DNA of 63,682 nt from positions 1 to 63,682 of IMG/VR virus record IMGVR_UViG_3300020121_000104. One strand, written 5' to 3'. The position numbers were made by a program, and so were the translations under genes. Under the pieces are notes generated by a model that had not been told where the DNA came from, searched no databases, and was given only the letters and a program-made list of their open reading frames with translations. Below are positions 18,116-27,701 of this stretch, in pieces. Source of the DNA: a virus (taxonomy: Duplodnaviria; Caudoviricetes). The first letter of the stretch is position 1; the number at the start of each line of letters is the position of its first letter.

Positions 18116-18247
18116 ATGACCACGGTCAACTACAAGAACTCTCGCGGACAGAACAAGACACGGGAATTCAAGACAAACCAAGCGATGCAGGACTGGCTCA
18201 GTACGGTGGGCGACGAGATCGAAGTGCTCATGATCACCCGCACTTGA
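18116..18247 (+). CDS. 43-aa protein (not in ORF track)
   Basis: RBS gaggg; MTTVNYKNSRGQNKTREFKTNQAMQDWL. Confidence 0.55.
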   Translation: MTTVNYKNSRGQNKTREFKTNQAMQDWLSTVGDEIEVLMITRT

Positions 18248-18339
18248 AGCCTACCATAGGTCAAAAACGGTGCCGATTGCGCTCACGATAACACACGCGA
18301 CAACCGCACCCGTCACCATGCCTATGAGAAAAGCTGCCA

Positions 18340-18579
18340 TCATGATGGGGCGTTGGCGGGAGGCGTTTGGCGCGACTGCACCACCCGGCCCTCCGCCCAA
18401 TCGATGGCATCGCCCCAGCGGTACAAAGAGCGCGTTCCAAACCGGCGGAAGGGTGGCCCACCGCCGCGCGTGGCCTTGGTGCCAAGCGTTGCCGACCGGA
18501 TAGGATAGCCAGCCGCGGTCAGTGCCACCGCGGTTTCGTCCCGGGTCAACAAGGCATCGCGATCAGGGAGTTGTTTCAT
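18340..18579 (-). CDS. Second excisionase-like HTH protein
   Basis: LLTRDETA..L...TL...ATRGGGPPFRRFG...LY. Confidence 0.75.
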   Translation of the reverse strand: MKQLPDRDALLTRDETAVALTAAGYPIRSATLGTKATRGGGPPFRRFGTRSLYRWGDAIDWAEGRVVQSRQTPPANAPS

Positions 18580-18793
18580 TTATCACCTTTGAAGCGTCGC
18601 GCGGATTGCGCCTGCGTTTCATCGATGGTGATTGATCTAGTCTGCTTTTGACGGTTTGGGCGAAATTGCCCATTTGCCCGCCCAACTGCCTATTTGCCCA
18701 AGTGCCGCTCGGCGAGGAGGCGGCCGGATGGCATGGCGACTACAAAAGCTGCCATCATGATCTCCACTTAGACGAAGCAAGAGGGACACGGAC

Positions 18794-18997
18794 ATGACAT
18801 TAGATGAGATCAAGTCAGCGGTGGAAAGCGGCAAAACCGTTCATTGGGTCAACACACTTTACCGTGTCGTAAAAGTAAAAGGCAAGAACAGCCAATGGCT
18901 TATCAAATGTGACGCTAATCAATCTTGCATAGGATTGACCTGGACGGATGACACAACACTAAACGGCAAGCCCGATGAGTTCTTTATCGGCAAATAA
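18794..18997 (+). CDS. Hypothetical protein
   Basis: MTLDEIKSAVESGKTVHW; same RBS block as 18116. Confidence 0.7.
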   Translation: MTLDEIKSAVESGKTVHWVNTLYRVVKVKGKNSQWLIKCDANQSCIGLTWTDDTTLNGKPDEFFIGK

Positions 18998-19126
18998 GCA
19001 TTCACAATGGCCGCAATACCATGAGTCTGCGGGACCCATGTCTATTGTGTTTGTGAGTTCCTTTGGCTCTCTTTGGATGTACTCCATTTCTAGATCACAA
19101 TGGGGGCATCGGTTATTCTGAGGCAT
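18959..19126 (-). CDS. Zn-ribbon protein, paralogue of 7345-7503
   Basis: RCPHCDLEME...WYCGHC. Confidence 0.6.
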   Translation of the reverse strand: MPQNNRCPHCDLEMEYIQREPKELTNTIDMGPADSWYCGHCECLFADKELIGLAV

Positions 19127-19234
19127 TGATTGTTCATCCCTCTCGCGGTGGACAGTCGGGGCATCAGCCCAAGACGACCCGGACAGTGTTACCCGCACCG
19201 TCCGGGTCTTAACCCGAACCACGAGGACCAGCTC

Positions 19235-19591
19235 ATGGCCCAGGTCATCACATTACCGCGAACCATTACGTTCACGCGCGAGTTCGAAGAACTTCCCTTA
19301 TACAGCGAACGCACCAGGTCTGGCGAGTGCTTCTTTGCCGGGCTTGTGGATGGCTCGATCGAAGTATCCTTTGACGCCTCGGGCGATTGGAGCATCTCGG
19401 ACATCCATCTGAAGGTGCAGAACTACAAGATGGGCGACGCCGGCCGCGCCAAGACGGTGCGCATCGAGGCCGACGAGAACCCGAGCCTCTATTGGCACCT
19501 TCTGGACACCCTCACCGACAAATACGCCGACACGATCCAGGAATGGATCGCGATGGAAGCCGAGGAGTGCGGCCTGCGGATTGCGGCGTGA
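19235..19591 (+). CDS. Hypothetical protein
   Basis: RBS gagga; GC3-rich codons. Confidence 0.7.
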   Translation: MAQVITLPRTITFTREFEELPLYSERTRSGECFFAGLVDGSIEVSFDASGDWSISDIHLKVQNYKMGDAGRAKTVRIEADENPSLYWHLLDTLTDKYADTIQEWIAMEAEECGLRIAA

Positions 19592-19656
19592 TCGCCGTGG
19601 TGCCCTTTTCTCATCTGTGGGTCGCCTCGCGCGCCCGCAATATCATGGAGCGAACC

Positions 19657-19827
19657 ATGCCCCGCAAGATCATCACATCCTATTGGGCGAAGCCCATTCC
19701 CACCCGCGCCTTCGACTGGTCAGCCCACTGGGAGAGCCGCGAAGAAGGCCCTTATGGCTATGGCACAACCGAAGCCGACGCCATCCGTGATCTCACAGAA
19801 AACTACGATCATCCAGATCAGGAGTAG
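19657..19827 (+). CDS. Hypothetical protein
   Basis: PIPTRAFDWSA...GYGTTEADAIRDL. Confidence 0.65.
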   Translation: MPRKIITSYWAKPIPTRAFDWSAHWESREEGPYGYGTTEADAIRDLTENYDHPDQE

Positions 19828-19834
19828 AGCCACC

Positions 19835-20620
19835 ATGAAGATTTTCGCCGCCTTCCCTTCGAAGTACCTCAAAGCCGCCGACCTGCATGACAAGCACGTG
19901 AGCGCCATCATGAGCCACGTTCTGCTTGAAGAGATCGCCAACAAGGACGGCGCCGAACTGCTTCCGATCCTCTACTTCAACGGCGTTCCCAAGGGGATGG
20001 TGCTCAACAAGACCAACGCCAAGGTCATTTCCGCGGCCTATACGGACGAGACCGATGCGTGGCAGGGCATGCCGATCGTGCTGTTCCCGGCAATGGTTGC
20101 GTTCGGAGCGGAGACCGTCGAGGCCATCCGCGTCAAGGCTCCATCAGCGGCCGAGCGCATCAAGGCGATCAATGAGTCTCAGCACAAGGAAACGCTCGGC
20201 CAACACATGGTGGAGCATTTCCATGACCGCCCGATCAACACGGCATGGGTTCCGCCCGCCACAAGCGAGGCTGATATGGCGCGGGCGCGAGAAGTATTCG
20301 CAACAAAGAAGCCAACGCCGCGGCCGAAGGTAGCGCCTATCCAAGACGTGATGCATGACGCCGATGGCGTAATTTGGGACGAAATAGCAGAACGCCAGAT
20401 GACGCCAGCCGAACGCACCGAGCAACTGACCACACAACTCAAGGAGTCCCTTGCCCGCGCCAATGCGGCCTTGGAGGAGCGCCGGCAGGAACGTGGGGCG
20501 ACGAGCCCGGACGACGGTCTTGACATCCCGGCCTACTTGCGCCGCAACAAGACGGAGCCCATGCCCGCCGCCAAGGAAGACCCTTACGCCTGGATTGAAC
20601 TCATGCAGGCAGCGGAGTAA
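19835..20620 (+). CDS. Putative ssDNA-binding / recombination protein
   Basis: FPSKYLKAADL...LNKTNA...ETDAWQG..I.L. Confidence 0.65.
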   Translation: MKIFAAFPSKYLKAADLHDKHVSAIMSHVLLEEIANKDGAELLPILYFNGVPKGMVLNKTNAKVISAAYTDETDAWQGMPIVLFPAMVAFGAETVEAIRVKAPSAAERIKAINESQHKETLGQHMVEHFHDRPINTAWVPPATSEADMARAREVFATKKPTPRPKVAPIQDVMHDADGVIWDEIAERQMTPAERTEQLTTQLKESLARANAALEERRQERGATSPDDGLDIPAYLRRNKTEPMPAAKEDPYAWIELMQAAE

Positions 20621-20625
20621 CCCAA

Positions 20626-20646
20626 GGCCCCGAGTGCGACGGGGCC
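20626..20646 (+). terminator. Hairpin ggcccc-N9-ggggcc
   Basis: GC stem just after stop; no U tract. Confidence 0.35.
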
Positions 20647-21038
20647 AACCGGTCAAAGGAGGGAGCTTATGACAGTATTTGTGTTGCTGCTGCTTTTCAC
20701 AATGCTGGTGATCGGCGTCGTTTGGCTGAATGTAACGAACAGCCGCCGCCGATCCGGGATGACAGAATCCGAGCGCATCGCGGAGGATGAGGAAATCAAA
20801 ACCGAAATGCGGATATGGTGAAATCTGTGTTGCAGTGATCTAACGATCTTCAGACAGGAGATATGCATGTTCACAATCGAGCACAGGAAAGACGAATCCA
20901 ATGAATGGTCAAAAGTCTCGTCAGCGTCAGGCGAAGACATGGCGAAGCGAGCGGCATTCTATTACGCCTTGTATCGACATGGACAAGTCCGCATCATTGA
21001 TGCCGCGGGAAAGACCATCGATATTCTTAAATAATCCT

Positions 21039-22673
21039 CTAATCATTGACCCAACCTGTTCCATTTACGCAGAGCACACGCGCCGTCACAGCGCCACCGC
21101 TCGTGTACGCGTTCCGGTATGTCGGAGCCGTGCTGTCGCTTACGATCGCAGACACTCCATCAAGACCGGCATTGCATGTCGGAAGTGGCGTTCCAGCAGC
21201 GCTATATTTGGTTAACGGTTTCGTTAACATTGTGCTGCTGACGCATCCAGCCGATGGCGAAGTGAAGCCCGCTCCATTGATCAAGGGGCCGGCAGAGCCA
21301 TTTGCAGAATGCACTCTTTCGAGCCCCTTAATATCCAGGCAAGCACCGGCTAATGCACTAAATGCCGCGTTGTTATTGGTATATTGACTATATGTCACAA
21401 CCTCGTTGATGTCCGCGGAGAAGTAAGGAGGAATAGTCCCAGGGCTCCCCCCGCCGAGGCTGACTATAGTCTGGGCATCAAGAACGTCCAGATTTGCAAT
21501 CTTGACGTTCACATTGTCGCTGTTCAGTCCGAATGCGATCGGGGTTTTGCCCCCGCATTGAGTGGCAGTGCTGGTCGAAGGATCGACACTCAATACGACG
21601 TTAGCCAAGTTTGCGTCAAAATGGGTCGTCGCATTTTGGAGAACTATAGCCTCACACACTTGGGAGAATGTAATGTCGGTCCAATTGGCAGACTGGACAG
21701 CGAAAGTAAGCGTTCCAACGCCATTCGTCACAGTCTGATCATAAGCAAATACCGCGAGGCATGGTTCAAAGAACTCAATCGCGTTAGCATGAAATGCGGC
21801 TACATACCCAAGCACCCAATCAGTGCGATTGCACGCGTGCGTTCCATCCCCCTGCATCCACCCGAGAACGTCAGACGAAAAGGTGTACCAAAGCACATGA
21901 TAATGAACATCATGAAAAATAGGCGTATTGTCGACACGTGACATATTGGTTCCGACTGTAAAACACCCCATATAAGCGTGTTCTACATACTGATTAAAAA
22001 TGGCTTGACCGTTCGTAGGTCCTACGAAATCGAGACAATGGGTTGCATTAACAATGTTAATGTTTCTGATATGATTAAATGTCCCGGAATTGAACTGCAC
22101 CGTATCGCCACGCACAGCGATCGTGTACGGATAGGTCGTTGGCGTCCAGCTAAAAGTTAGGGGGCTACACGGATTGCTGGTGCACGGGCCGCCCGCTGGT
22201 ACGCCGCCAGTACCGGAAGGTGGCGTCGTTTGGGTGTACCAAAAATTGATGTTCTCTATGTCGTTCCCCGCTCCTCCTACCGTAATGCACGGGTTGACGA
22301 CATCAGTGCAGTGTAACCATGTGCCCTTCTGTGTCCAATCGGCTTCGACGTTATTATAAGGACCAGGCCAATACATCCCGGAATTGCCAATCAGGCTGCA
22401 CCCGCTCCGAGTGCTGTCGCTGAGTATTAACCCGGTATTGATCAGGTAGGCTTTGCCAATCGCAGGAAGGATGACGCGACCGCCACCGGCAGCAGAGCAC
22501 GTATTTATAGCATTTTGGATGATAGTGCTATCAGATGATGTCCCGTTGGCGCCAAGGGCATGAGCATCAATGTCGGCCGGAAATGCAGGAGGACCAGGAT
22601 ATGTTTGCGTATAGACGGAAAGCACGCCGATCCCTATTACAAAGAGAAATACGCTTAGAAATAGTCTTATCAT
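21039..22673 (-). CDS. Tailspike, pectate-lyase-like beta-helix, with signal-peptide-like N-terminus
   Basis: DAHALGANG..DSTIIQNAIN...GGGRVILPA..YLI; Cys-rich. Confidence 0.75.
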   Translation of the reverse strand: MIRLFLSVFLFVIGIGVLSVYTQTYPGPPAFPADIDAHALGANGTSSDSTIIQNAINTCSAAGGGRVILPAIGKAYLINTGLILSDSTRSGCSLIGNSGMYWPGPYNNVEADWTQKGTWLHCTDVVNPCITVGGAGNDIENINFWYTQTTPPSGTGGVPAGGPCTSNPCSPLTFSWTPTTYPYTIAVRGDTVQFNSGTFNHIRNINIVNATHCLDFVGPTNGQAIFNQYVEHAYMGCFTVGTNMSRVDNTPIFHDVHYHVLWYTFSSDVLGWMQGDGTHACNRTDWVLGYVAAFHANAIEFFEPCLAVFAYDQTVTNGVGTLTFAVQSANWTDITFSQVCEAIVLQNATTHFDANLANVVLSVDPSTSTATQCGGKTPIAFGLNSDNVNVKIANLDVLDAQTIVSLGGGSPGTIPPYFSADINEVVTYSQYTNNNAAFSALAGACLDIKGLERVHSANGSAGPLINGAGFTSPSAGCVSSTMLTKPLTKYSAAGTPLPTCNAGLDGVSAIVSDSTAPTYRNAYTSGGAVTARVLCVNGTGWVND

Positions 22674-23221
22674 TGCACGCTCCATCCCGTATTAACGCCA
22701 TCATTGAAGGGAACAAGTGTAACACCTTGATAATTTCGGTTTATCGTATAAGTAGCCAAACCGTCGATTGTATCGCCTCCAGATGCGGTAATGACGATAT
22801 TGTTCGCTAACGCCTGTCCCATGTCCTTGAAGGTGACCGCTTGCCCGATCCTGGAACTCGCCAGGGGCAGCGTGCAGGTCGCAGCCGTTGTGATCTTGCA
22901 ATTCAAAATCTGATCAGTTGGATTGACGGTAATTGGCGTCGCCACGACAGAACGCTGATTTCGCGCCCCTTGGGTGCTCGTGATGGATGTGATCAGATTG
23001 GTGATCGAGACCTTGAAAAACGTTTTGTTAACATCATCCCATCCCATCAAATAATCAGTTGGATAACTTGGAACGGCGGGAACAACACTCCCGAATGCGG
23101 CGATCGAAAAGCCGACCGTCCAGATGCCATTCTGCTTGGCGATGGTGATCGGGCCAGAGCCGTACACCAAGGAAGGGAATGGAAGTTGGGCGTTGACGCG
23201 GATGTTGGCCGGGAGGGTCAT
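22670..23221 (-). CDS. Tail fibre-associated protein
   Basis: MTLPANIRVN; TLP...FKD...NNIVI...DTIDG beta-sandwich motif. Confidence 0.65.
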   Translation of the reverse strand: MTLPANIRVNAQLPFPSLVYGSGPITIAKQNGIWTVGFSIAAFGSVVPAVPSYPTDYLMGWDDVNKTFFKVSITNLITSITSTQGARNQRSVVATPITVNPTDQILNCKITTAATCTLPLASSRIGQAVTFKDMGQALANNIVITASGGDTIDGLATYTINRNYQGVTLVPFNDGVNTGWSVQ

Positions 23222-23949
23222 CAGGCAAATCCTCCGCTAAATCCCGCGCTGAACGCTCCCGCTGCCGCATTCACCGGCCCCTTGGTCACGGCGCCCCACT
23301 GCACCGGCAATTGCCCCACGAACATCTGCCGCGTGTTGACGGAATCCGTCACCACGAGCGCCGCCGAATAGGTGCCCGTGCGAAGTTTCTGGATGGCCGC
23401 GGCCGGAATCATGATTTGGATTATCCCGATATCGATGATCTGAATGCCGGTGCCCAACGTCGCCTGGAGAAGCGGGCCATGCTCGTCTGAGATGCCCCAA
23501 TCATACCAGGGGATGTATCCTGATCCGTCCCAGCGCGCCCCGGTGCGGCGAATCTCGAAAAGGAAGCTGCACCCAATCTGCACCACGAGGAACCCGGTCG
23601 AGACCCCATAGGACACCACATAACCGGCCATCTTGTTGAGTCCGGTCGCGGTATCCGCGATCGTGACGAAATCACCGGGGGCAATGGCGAGATTTTTGCC
23701 GACCACCAATGCCAGGGCCGTCAGTTGATTGGCGATCGGATAGACCGGAATTGTGATGCCCGTGGTCGACGTGGTGACGATCGCCCCATCGGTGACGGTC
23801 CAGGCTGCGGATGTGAAAGGCTGCGGCGATGCCGTCTGCGTGCCGTCCCAGCGAATAGGATCGCCAGTGTAGTCATCGACTAGGCTGACCGTGAGGAGAA
23901 AATCCTCTCGGTTGCTGATCTGGGGCAGGTAGACCGGATATTGGTAAAT
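23221..23949 (-). CDS. Tail adaptor-like protein; probable ATT start
   Basis: Frame open 80 codons upstream of the track start; GGGAGG 5 nt before ATT-TAC-CAA. Confidence 0.6.
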   Translation of the reverse strand: MYQYPVYLPQISNREDFLLTVSLVDDYTGDPIRWDGTQTASPQPFTSAAWTVTDGAIVTTSTTGITIPVYPIANQLTALALVVGKNLAIAPGDFVTIADTATGLNKMAGYVVSYGVSTGFLVVQIGCSFLFEIRRTGARWDGSGYIPWYDWGISDEHGPLLQATLGTGIQIIDIGIIQIMIPAAAIQKLRTGTYSAALVVTDSVNTRQMFVGQLPVQWGAVTKGPVNAAAGAFSAGFSGGFA

Positions 23950-23961
23950 CTCAGCCTCCCG

Positions 23962-24219
23962 TCACAATTGCGAATGCTCAATCACCGCATGGGCAGCACG
24001 GGCTGCTGCGCGAGCGCGTTCTTTGAGCCGTTCCGGCAAAGCGCCCCATTCCATGGGAGTACATGAACCGAGGAACACTTCGAGGATGGCCCGTGCGGCA
24101 GCTTCAGTCTTCGCTTCGTTCATCGCGGCGACGTTCTTGGGATGGACTGGAACGACAATAAAGTCACCAAACTCGTCAAGTCGTTTCCCCTCTATATTGT
24201 AAACGGCTATTCGACTCAT
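23962..24219 (-). CDS. Hypothetical inserted gene
   Basis: EAAARAI...WGALPE...ARAAARAA. Confidence 0.6.
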   Translation of the reverse strand: MSRIAVYNIEGKRLDEFGDFIVVPVHPKNVAAMNEAKTEAAARAILEVFLGSCTPMEWGALPERLKERARAAARAAHAVIEHSQL

Positions 24220-24226
24220 TATAACC

Positions 24227-25279
24227 TCACAACTTAATATAGAAGCTGCCCAGAACGAATGGGCTCATATTGTTATGCGCCGCTCCTCCACCTGTATTCT
24301 GAATATTAGCCACACCGTTTTGCGTGGTGACGGTGGTTGTTCCTCCCGAGGTTTGAATTTGGGCGACAGATGACATGGCGCCCGGCCCAGGATTATCGCT
24401 TGAGTAAGTGAATCTATGATTATGTCCGGAATCAATGTGATTATGTGCGGCCAATTCGGCGACGCTCAGTACGTGATTGGCTTCGCCTCCGGTCGCGTTC
24501 GGGGTGGTAGGGCCATCCCCGCCGCCCGAGGTCACATTGCTCGCCAGCAGTCTTCCTGCGGCCGTGGCGCCCATGTCGTCGAGACCGACGGGGATGGATG
24601 CACGAAAATCGAAGACGGCGAGCTGCTTGTTCGCAGCAAAATCTGCCGCAGCGGATGCCCCGAGGCCGCCAGAGACGGGGCAATGGCGGGTGCCAGTCGG
24701 CTGGGAGCAATTTTGCCAAAGATAGGTGTAGAGCGCGGATGTGTCGGCATTGGCACGTCCTGTTGCTCCTGAGACTGCGGAACCGATCGTCAAGCCGTTT
24801 GCCTTGACCCAGCCAATCAGGGTTTCCCCTGTGGCGCGAAATTTGATATCTCCGGTCGCGGCAACCGTCGTCGGATCGACTGAGCCGCCCCCGCCGCCTC
24901 CCCCGCCCGCGGGGCCGATGACGAGGGAAGTCGTGTCGATCTGGACGACGCCGCCGCTGTCGGTGAGGCGGACGTGAACGGAGCCGGAGGCTAGATAGAA
25001 CACCGGGACTCGCCCGCTACTGTCGAGCACCAGGGGCCACGGATTGGGGATGGTGAGGCCCACATCCTGAAAAGAATTTTGTGGCGTTGCCACAGTGCCG
25101 ACTTGATAGAAGTAGAGGAGGCCCCCGATCAGAGGGACACCGCATACGCCGCCGGAGTTCGCACATGTGGTGAACGCGAATTGTTGCGTGAGCGCAAGGC
25201 TTAGTGTACCCTGCGCGACCGCGAATTGTGACCAGAGGAGGGCAAGGGCGGCGATGATCATTTTCGTCGGATTGATCAT
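24227..25279 (-). CDS. Tail-collar-domain fibre protein with signal peptide
   Basis: TGDIKF...GWVKANG, DFRASIPVGLD, GGEANHVLSVAELAAHNH, GGGAAHNNMSP. Confidence 0.8.
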   Translation of the reverse strand: MINPTKMIIAALALLWSQFAVAQGTLSLALTQQFAFTTCANSGGVCGVPLIGGLLYFYQVGTVATPQNSFQDVGLTIPNPWPLVLDSSGRVPVFYLASGSVHVRLTDSGGVVQIDTTSLVIGPAGGGGGGGGSVDPTTVAATGDIKFRATGETLIGWVKANGLTIGSAVSGATGRANADTSALYTYLWQNCSQPTGTRHCPVSGGLGASAAADFAANKQLAVFDFRASIPVGLDDMGATAAGRLLASNVTSGGGDGPTTPNATGGEANHVLSVAELAAHNHIDSGHNHRFTYSSDNPGPGAMSSVAQIQTSGGTTTVTTQNGVANIQNTGGGAAHNNMSPFVLGSFYIKL

Positions 25280-25337
25280 TATTGCGATCTTGTTTGGGGG
25301 GGCCAATGTTCTAGGCTTCATTCTTGCCGCCTTGAAA

Positions 25338-27701
25338 TTATTGATTGACTGGCTGGGAAACGGCATTTGGATCATCGCCGCGTTGGTGGTGGGTGTCCTC
25401 TTCCGCCAATACATGCTCAATCAGCGCAGCAGCAGCAGCGGCGGTCCGGTTGCCCCCGACATCATGGGCGATGATCCGCGCCCCGGCCGCGGTCCCGAGT
25501 TCCGTGCCCTTCCGCATGGCGTCAAAAAGTTGAGGGGACCGGGCGACGGCTTTGACCCCCCGGCTCAAAACGGCAGGGTCCTCCGAGGCGAGCATTTCGC
25601 CGATGTGACGGAAGACCCGGACATCGACCTTATGCGCCCCACGCTTCATGGCGCCGAGCAGAAGAGCGCCCCCCAGGATGCTCTTGAAGTCATATTGTCC
25701 ATCCTTAATGAATTCGAAGGCCCCGACCGCACCGGCGCCAGCCAAGCCGTGACCGGTGCCGCTGGCACTAACCCCAGCCTTGAGGGCACGCATGAGTTCC
25801 TGTTGCCTGGTAGTGGTGCTATTTCCGAGGGCGGCCTTGGTTTTGTCCGCGACCAGCTCGGCGCGCAAGGTGACTTCCAATTCCTTGGCGCGGGCGGGAC
25901 CGAGCGCAGTTTCGATCTTCTGTCGGGCGAGTGGAGCCGTAAAGGCGCGCTTGATGGTGCCCATCGAGCCATTCCGCAAGACGGCTTGCCCAAGATCGTC
26001 GGCAAAGCCACGCGCGAATAGCTCGCGTTCGGGTGGGCTCATCTTGGCAAGGGCGCGGCTGGCCTCGCGCGGGTCGGCATTCATCATTACGAATTTGCGT
26101 CCAGCTTCGCTTGCATCCTCCGCGCCGAAGAACTGGGCTGCGCCCTGGCGTGCGGCTTTGAATTCCGGCACTTGGCGATCGAGTTCGGCCTTGAGATCGT
26201 GCAAAACACCCTTGAGGGTCGCCGCCTCTTCGTTGCGGCCCGCACGGGCTGCGGCATTGGCTGCGTCGCTCAGTTCTCGCTGGGTATAATCCCAGAATCG
26301 CAGATCGGGATAAGTCGGAATCCCCTTTGGTCCCGATGGAAACTCGATCCGTCCGTCAGGCGTAACCCGCACGCCGGGCCGGAAGCCCCCGAAGCCTTCG
26401 GCCACGGCACGGTCCTTGCCGCGGGTGATCGCGCCCTTGATAGCGCCCCTGACCGCATCGCTCGATGTCAAACGCTCCAATTCTGGAGACCATATTGGAC
26501 GGCTTCCGGCGGCATAGGCGCGGCCATAATTGACCCGATTCGCTTTTCGCGCGGCCTGTTCCAGCTTTATTTGGTCGGCACCAGCATCGAGGGTGCCCCC
26601 AAACATCCGATCGATGACGGCGCGAAGCCTCTCGGGACGCCCTTCGGCCCGTTCCGTCGTGACCTTTTCCAGCGCATCCCATGCCTGGGGCGAGATGTTG
26701 GCCGCGGCACGTCCGAGGTCGCGCGTTCCTTGGCCGCCGTAATCCACCATATAAAGCGGCATTCCGGATCGTTGCGCAGCCTCATATGTAGGCCGGTCGA
26801 GTCCCATCCCGCGACCAGCGGCATCGCTGCGCATGGTGTCGCGGATCGTGCGGGCGGCGACGGCTTCGGGATTGATTACACCCTGGCCCACATTCCGGGC
26901 GCGATTGATAACCTTGGCACCGCCCTCGATGGCGCCAGCGCCGGCCGTGCCGAAGAGTGCGCCTGTCGCGGCCCCCTTCGCGCCGCTCAACGCCACGTCG
27001 CCGGGCGACTGCCCCTCGCTGATGGCCTCGCCAGTGCCGTATAGCCCTCCGGCAGCGGCCCCGCCGCGGGCGGCCTTGCCTATGCGCCCCGCTGCGGTCG
27101 CAGCCCTGGCACCCGACAAGCCGGGCGTGACGAGGGCTCCCCCGACCTGGCCGGCGATGTAGCTCTTGGGGTTTTGCCCGAATGCGGATTCCTGCGTTTG
27201 CCGCAGTTCGTCACGGGCTTTGCGGTACGCCTCCGTTGCCTTACCTTCCGGGGATAGAAAATGGTCAAGGCCCACCCGGACGAGGCCGGCGATTGCATCC
27301 TGGACGCCAGATTCAGGATTGACGGCGACACCGGATTCCGGATCTATGTATGTTGTTCTCGTCGTCTTACCTGCCGCGGCGAGCCCGGAGAGTGCCGGCG
27401 CTGTGCCGAAGGTTAGGCTTTCGATCGCGCCACGTGCTGCGGATTCGCCGGGACCGATGTCACGGCTTGGCCTTTTCTCGGGCGGCGCGTCGGAATATGC
27501 GGCATAGGGATCGCCAGATTGTTGCGGAGGGGCCGCAGGTGTATCGGAATAGGCCGCGTATGGATCGGTCCGGTCTGGCCTCACTTCGATATTCAGCCGC
27601 TTCCGTGGCGGCGGCGCTTCGCCCTTTGGCAGATCAACCGGCGGCACTCCCGGCGGATTTCCCTGCCCTGGCTGGACGGTATAGAGATCGCCGAAACTCA
27701 T
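25338..27701 (-). CDS. DNA ejection (internal virion) protein
   Basis: Large Ala/Gly-rich helical ORF at the P22 gp16 position. Confidence 0.65.
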   Translation of the reverse strand: MSFGDLYTVQPGQGNPPGVPPVDLPKGEAPPPRKRLNIEVRPDRTDPYAAYSDTPAAPPQQSGDPYAAYSDAPPEKRPSRDIGPGESAARGAIESLTFGTAPALSGLAAAGKTTRTTYIDPESGVAVNPESGVQDAIAGLVRVGLDHFLSPEGKATEAYRKARDELRQTQESAFGQNPKSYIAGQVGGALVTPGLSGARAATAAGRIGKAARGGAAAGGLYGTGEAISEGQSPGDVALSGAKGAATGALFGTAGAGAIEGGAKVINRARNVGQGVINPEAVAARTIRDTMRSDAAGRGMGLDRPTYEAAQRSGMPLYMVDYGGQGTRDLGRAAANISPQAWDALEKVTTERAEGRPERLRAVIDRMFGGTLDAGADQIKLEQAARKANRVNYGRAYAAGSRPIWSPELERLTSSDAVRGAIKGAITRGKDRAVAEGFGGFRPGVRVTPDGRIEFPSGPKGIPTYPDLRFWDYTQRELSDAANAAARAGRNEEAATLKGVLHDLKAELDRQVPEFKAARQGAAQFFGAEDASEAGRKFVMMNADPREASRALAKMSPPERELFARGFADDLGQAVLRNGSMGTIKRAFTAPLARQKIETALGPARAKELEVTLRAELVADKTKAALGNSTTTRQQELMRALKAGVSASGTGHGLAGAGAVGAFEFIKDGQYDFKSILGGALLLGAMKRGAHKVDVRVFRHIGEMLASEDPAVLSRGVKAVARSPQLFDAMRKGTELGTAAGARIIAHDVGGNRTAAAAAALIEHVLAEEDTHHQRGDDPNAVSQPVNQ

